Virus record (IMG/VR): IMGVR_UViG_648276657_000002
Span: 1 to 8,652 of that record
DNA length: 8,652 bases
DNA from: a virus
Taxonomy: Duplodnaviria; Heunggongvirae; Uroviricota; Caudoviricetes
Direction: 5' to 3' (one strand)
Below the pieces are notes generated by a model. That model was not told the DNA's origin and did no database searches. It was given only the letters and a program-made list of their open reading frames with translations. Within the stretch, counting starts at the first letter, position 1. Each line of letters starts with the position of its first letter. Of the stretch, positions 5,570 to 8,652 are shown piece by piece. The position numbers and the translations under genes were made by a program.

Positions 5570-6742
5570 TTATTTATTACTGTCTTCCATCCACTTCTCA
5601 AACTTCGACGGGGAGAACGGAATCAGATCCGTATGCTCCCCGTTAATCCAGGAATCAATCATATCGGCCCACTGCTGCAACATGTAGGCGCGCTGTCTGG
5701 CGTATTCCGCTTTGTTATATACGGCGCGCACACCTTTCTGCTCATGTGCCAGAGCCTTTTCAATCCAGTCTGAAGGATAACCAGCCTCATGCAACAACGT
5801 ACTGGCTGTACGGCGCATATCGTGTACGGTGAAGTCCTGAATATGCTCACCATCTTCATTTATTATTTTCACCGTTCTGTCGATCAGAGAGTTCAGCGCG
5901 GCATTAGATAATGGCTTCCGGAAGTTGTAACGACCAGGAACCAGATATTCACTTCCACCAGCGCACATCTGCAACCCGACCAATATATCCTGTGCCTGTT
6001 TAGGCAGGTAAATAACGTGCGCCCGGCTTCCCTTCATGCGGTCTGAAGGAATTGTCCATGTCCATTTTTTAAAATCTATTTCGTCCCACGTTGCATTGGT
6101 GAATTCGCCTTTACGAACCATAGTGATAAGCACCAGCTTTAAAGCCATTTTCATAGTACCCATAGCACCAATGGCATCCAGCGTGCGGAAGAACAGGCCA
6201 ATTTCTTCTGGTGTCAGTGTTCGCTCTCGTGGTTTAAATATGGCGATAGACGAAGGTTTAATGTCAGCCGCAGGATTAAATAAACCATGACCACGGTCAT
6301 TGGCGTGACGGTATACGCTGCTGATGATCTCCCTGGCCTGTACTGCTGTTGCACGGCCACCGCGTTCGACAATCCGGTCACACAAATCACGAACCATCGA
6401 TGTGGTAATTTCAGCCATCATTTTGTTGCCAAGAACCGGAAGTATGTCACGGTCGATCACCGCCTGTTTCATTGCGCGGGTACTGTCAGCCAGGATGACG
6501 TGTTTCATATAACTGTCGGTATGTACCGCAAACGTCTCGGCACCACGAATCTTTTTGATACCGTCACGTTTAGCCGCGGCCGGTGACTGGCCTGCTTTAA
6601 GCAGTTTCTTTGCAGCAATCAGTTCTTCCCGCGCTTCTGCCAGGCTGATACCGTCACGCCCATACTGCCCTATTACCAGTGTTTCGCGGCGACCGTTGAT
6701 ACGGTAGTCATAGCGAAACGAGACCGTGCCTGACGTAAGCAC
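5570..6742 (-). CDS. P4-like tyrosine integrase; the reading frame continues upstream to 6805 and is interrupted by an in-frame TAA (6806..6808) inside the conserved N-terminal motif, so it may be a pseudogene or an N-terminally truncated product
   Basis: 390-aa ORF from GTG. Arm-binding region (GLYVAVLTSGTVSFRYDYRINGRRETLVIGQYGRDGISLAEARE) and catalytic region (HDMRRTASTLL ... VYNKAEY) match tyrosine recombinases. Upstream in frame: GTG-L-T-D-T-K-stop-K-T-L-K-P-Q-D-K-L-Y-K-V-S-D-R-D-G-L-Y, the canonical LTDT..K..KP.DK.Y start of P4-like integrases. Confidence 0.85.
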   Translation of the reverse strand: MLTSGTVSFRYDYRINGRRETLVIGQYGRDGISLAEAREELIAAKKLLKAGQSPAAAKRDGIKKIRGAETFAVHTDSYMKHVILADSTRAMKQAVIDRDILPVLGNKMMAEITTSMVRDLCDRIVERGGRATAVQAREIISSVYRHANDRGHGLFNPAADIKPSSIAIFKPRERTLTPEEIGLFFRTLDAIGAMGTMKMALKLVLITMVRKGEFTNATWDEIDFKKWTWTIPSDRMKGSRAHVIYLPKQAQDILVGLQMCAGGSEYLVPGRYNFRKPLSNAALNSLIDRTVKIINEDGEHIQDFTVHDMRRTASTLLHEAGYPSDWIEKALAHEQKGVRAVYNKAEYARQRAYMLQQWADMIDSWINGEHTDLIPFSPSKFEKWMEDSNK

Positions 6743-6853
6743 AGCTACATACAGCCCGTCACGATCGGAGACCTTGTACAGTTTGTCCTGCGGCTTGAGG
6801 GTTTTTTATTTTGTATCGGTAAGCACAATTCACCCGTATAGAAACCATTTTCA

Positions 6854-6891
6854 TGACGGTATGAGAGTATACCTTTAAGGTAATACCGTCA
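6854..6891. promoter_or_regulatory. 9-bp perfect inverted repeat (TGACGGTAT ... ATACCGTCA, 20-bp spacer) enclosing operator-like half-sites (ATACCtttaaGGTAA at 6869..6883); candidate int regulatory or att-associated site between the integrase and guaA
   Basis: Read directly; lies in the int-guaA intergenic region where the prophage-chromosome junction is expected. Confidence 0.35.
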
Positions 6892-6940
6892 CCTGTACCG
6901 CCGAAAAATATGGTGTAGAGTGAATAGAAATGAATACATA

Positions 6941-6970
6941 AAAACAAAAACCCTCTGTAAAAACAGAGGG
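6941..6970 (-). terminator. Rho-independent terminator of guaA (stem CCCTCTG/CAGAGGG, then a T-rich run on the minus strand)
   Basis: Minus-strand read: CCCTCTG-TTTTTA-CAGAGGG followed by TTTTTGTTTT, about 50 nt downstream of the guaA stop. Confidence 0.75.
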
Positions 6971-7018
6971 TTAAATTAGTATCTGAATAGGAATGAGTTG
7001 CTATGAGTTAGCTGTTAA

Positions 7019-8596
7019 TCATTCCCACTCAATAGTCGCTGGCGGCTTGCCGCTGATGTCATACACCACGCGGGAAATACCGTTCACTTCATTGATAATA
7101 CGGTTGGAAACGCGGCCGAGGAAGTCGTACGGCAGATGTGCCCAGTGTGCGGTCATAAAGTCGATGGTTTCGACAGCACGCAGAGAGACAACCCAGTCAT
7201 ACTTACGACCATCGCCCATTACGCCAACGGAACGTACTGGCAGGAAGACGGTGAACGCCTGGCTGACTTTGTCGTACAGGTCCGCTTTACGCAGTTCTTC
7301 AATGAAGATGGCGTCAGCACGGCGCAGCAGGTCACAATACTCTTTCTTCACTTCTCCCAGAACACGAACGCCAAGGCCTGGTCCCGGGAACGGGTGACGG
7401 TACAACATGTCATACGGTAGGCCCAGCTCCAGACCAATCTTACGCACTTCGTCTTTGAACAGCTCTTTCAGCGGTTCAACCAGGCCCATCTTCATCTCTT
7501 TCGGCAGGCCACCCACGTTGTGGTGAGATTTGATGACGTGTGCTTTACCGGTTGCAGAAGCAGCAGATTCGATAACGTCAGGGTAGATGGTGCCCTGCGC
7601 CAGCCACTTCACGTCTTCCAGTTTCAGCGCTTCTTCATCGAATACTTCAACGAAAACGCGACCGATAATTTTACGTTTTGCTTCCGGATCGTTTTCGCCA
7701 GCCAGCGCTGACAAGAAGCGATCTTCTGCCGGTACGTGAACAATGTTCAGACCAAAGTGATCGCCAAACATATCCAGAACCTGCTCTGCTTCGTTGAGAC
7801 GCAGCAGGCCGTTGTCGACGAATACGCAAGTCAGGTTTTTACCGATAGCGCGGTGCAACAGCATTGCGGTAACGGAGGAATCCACGCCACCAGAGAGGCC
7901 GAGGATGACTTTATCGTCGCCCACTTGCTCGCGGATGCGGGCTACAGCGTCGTCGATAATTTTCGCTGGCGTCCACAGGGCTTCACACTGGCAGATATCA
8001 CGCACAAAACGCTCCAGCATGCGCATACCCTGGCGGGTGTGAGTCACTTCCGGGTGGAACTGTACGCCATAGAAGCGTTTTTCTTCGTTGGCCATGATGG
8101 CAAACGGGCAGCTTTCGGTGCTGGCTACGGTGACGAAGTCGGACGGGATAGCGGTAACTTTATCGCCGTGGCTCATCCAGACGTCCAGCAGCGGTTTACC
8201 ATCTGCGGTCAGCGCATCTTCGATACCGCGAACCAGTGCGCTGTCGTTTACGACTTCAACCTGCGCGTAGCCAAATTCACGTTCGTTAGAGGCTTCAACG
8301 TGACCGCCCAACTGCATTGCCATGGTCTGCATGCCATAGCAAACGCCGAATACCGGTACGCCTGCTTCAAAGACATACTGCGGCGCACGCGGGCTGTTTT
8401 CTTCGGTGGTGCTTTCCGGGCCGCCGGAAAGAATAATGCCGCTTGGATTGAAGTCACGAATTTGTGCTTCTGTCACATCCCACGCCCACAGTTCGCAGTA
8501 AACACCCAGCTCACGCACGCGGCGCGCAACTAGTTGAGTGTACTGAGAACCGAAGTCCAGAATGAGGATGCGATGCTTATGAATGTTTTCCGTCAT
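7019..8596 (-). CDS. guaA: GMP synthase (glutamine-hydrolysing), full length
   Basis: 525-aa ORF beginning [40 protein letters not shown] and ending ATIEWE, recognised as enterobacterial GuaA; includes the class I glutamine amidotransferase domain and the SGGVDSS ATP-pyrophosphatase motif. Confidence 0.97.
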   Translation of the reverse strand: MTENIHKHRILILDFGSQYTQLVARRVRELGVYCELWAWDVTEAQIRDFNPSGIILSGGPESTTEENSPRAPQYVFEAGVPVFGVCYGMQTMAMQLGGHVEASNEREFGYAQVEVVNDSALVRGIEDALTADGKPLLDVWMSHGDKVTAIPSDFVTVASTESCPFAIMANEEKRFYGVQFHPEVTHTRQGMRMLERFVRDICQCEALWTPAKIIDDAVARIREQVGDDKVILGLSGGVDSSVTAMLLHRAIGKNLTCVFVDNGLLRLNEAEQVLDMFGDHFGLNIVHVPAEDRFLSALAGENDPEAKRKIIGRVFVEVFDEEALKLEDVKWLAQGTIYPDVIESAASATGKAHVIKSHHNVGGLPKEMKMGLVEPLKELFKDEVRKIGLELGLPYDMLYRHPFPGPGLGVRVLGEVKKEYCDLLRRADAIFIEELRKADLYDKVSQAFTVFLPVRSVGVMGDGRKYDWVVSLRAVETIDFMTAHWAHLPYDFLGRVSNRIINEVNGISRVVYDISGKPPATIEWE

Positions 8597-8652
8597 TGAC
8601 GCTTATTCCGAGGCAAGTGAAACAGATAATATAAATCGCCCGACATGAAGTC

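Larger units (their letters stand above)
31..6940. mobile_element. Lambdoid-like prophage, partial (immunity, recombination, accessory and integration modules), inserted downstream of guaA; right boundary approximate, left side runs off the window
   Basis: Contiguous phage gene set (Cro-like, repressor, exonuclease, RecT, AlpA, methyltransferase, phosphatase, integrase) abutting the housekeeping gene guaA and its terminator. Confidence 0.8.

Noticed and set aside
5659-6586. ORFs inside or antisense to the integrase gene (5659..5859 minus, 6036..6290, 6287..6586 and 6324..6512 plus)
   Set aside because: The integrase frame is strongly supported by arm-binding and catalytic motifs; these are overlapping-frame artifacts.
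6759-6947. Minus-strand 62-aa ORF between the integrase and guaA
   Set aside because: It is an alternative frame across the integrase 5' region and the intergenic space. Its YRYKIKNPQ stretch covers the same nucleotides as the integrase N-terminal motif in a different frame, and it runs into the guaA terminator. The integrase frame (LTDTK-stop-KTLKPQDK) accounts for this stretch.
6993-8533. Plus-strand ORFs antisense to guaA (6993..7397, 7136..7420, 7520..7711, 7736..8533, 7794..8042, 8088..8270) and minus 8248..8457
   Set aside because: guaA occupies this region on the minus strand with a full-length, unmistakable product; long antisense ORFs are expected by chance in such a gene.
8597-8652. 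Possible 3' end of guaB upstream of guaA
   Set aside because: The minus-strand frame ending at 8603..8605 (..SVSLASE) does not match the GuaB C-terminus as I recall it, and the spacing to guaA would be too short. The window most likely contains only guaB-guaA intergenic sequence, with guaB beyond the edge.
1-8652. CRISPR arrays, tRNA or rRNA genes, IS elements
   Set aside because: No regularly spaced direct repeats, no cloverleaf-like tRNA candidates in the intergenic regions, and no transposase-like ORFs or terminal inverted repeats. The only repeated motif is the short operator palindrome.

Overview
The window is an Escherichia-type chromosomal segment: the right end carries guaA (GMP synthase, minus strand, 7019..8596) with its intrinsic terminator, and the rest (about 31..6940) is the integrase-proximal arm of a lambdoid-like prophage inserted just downstream of guaA. 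All calls rest on reading the sequence and recalled family motifs; no database search was run. From left to right the prophage shows a lambda-style immunity region: a small Cro-like HTH gene (minus), a divergent promoter region with three TTACC-N5-GGTAA operator-like palindromes, a 194-aa tandem-HTH repressor candidate with no LexA/S24 peptidase motif, an intrinsic terminator, and a second promoter with two more copies of the same palindrome. That promoter heads a plus-strand early operon: an unannotated 50-aa ORF, a 99-aa hypothetical, a YqaJ-type exonuclease, RecT, an AlpA/Xis-like regulator, a PerC/ANR-like regulator, an MT-A70 adenine methyltransferase and a lambda-type Ser/Thr phosphatase. 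A P4-like tyrosine integrase lies convergent to this operon, and its conserved N-terminal arm-binding motif is interrupted by an in-frame TAA. I did not find a clearly novel multi-gene system; the most notable items are the integrase disruption, the peptidase-less repressor with its operator set, the coupled methyltransferase-phosphatase pair, and a non-biological-looking homopolymer block (A13 C5 G12) at the left edge. No tRNA, rRNA, CRISPR array or IS element was recognised.
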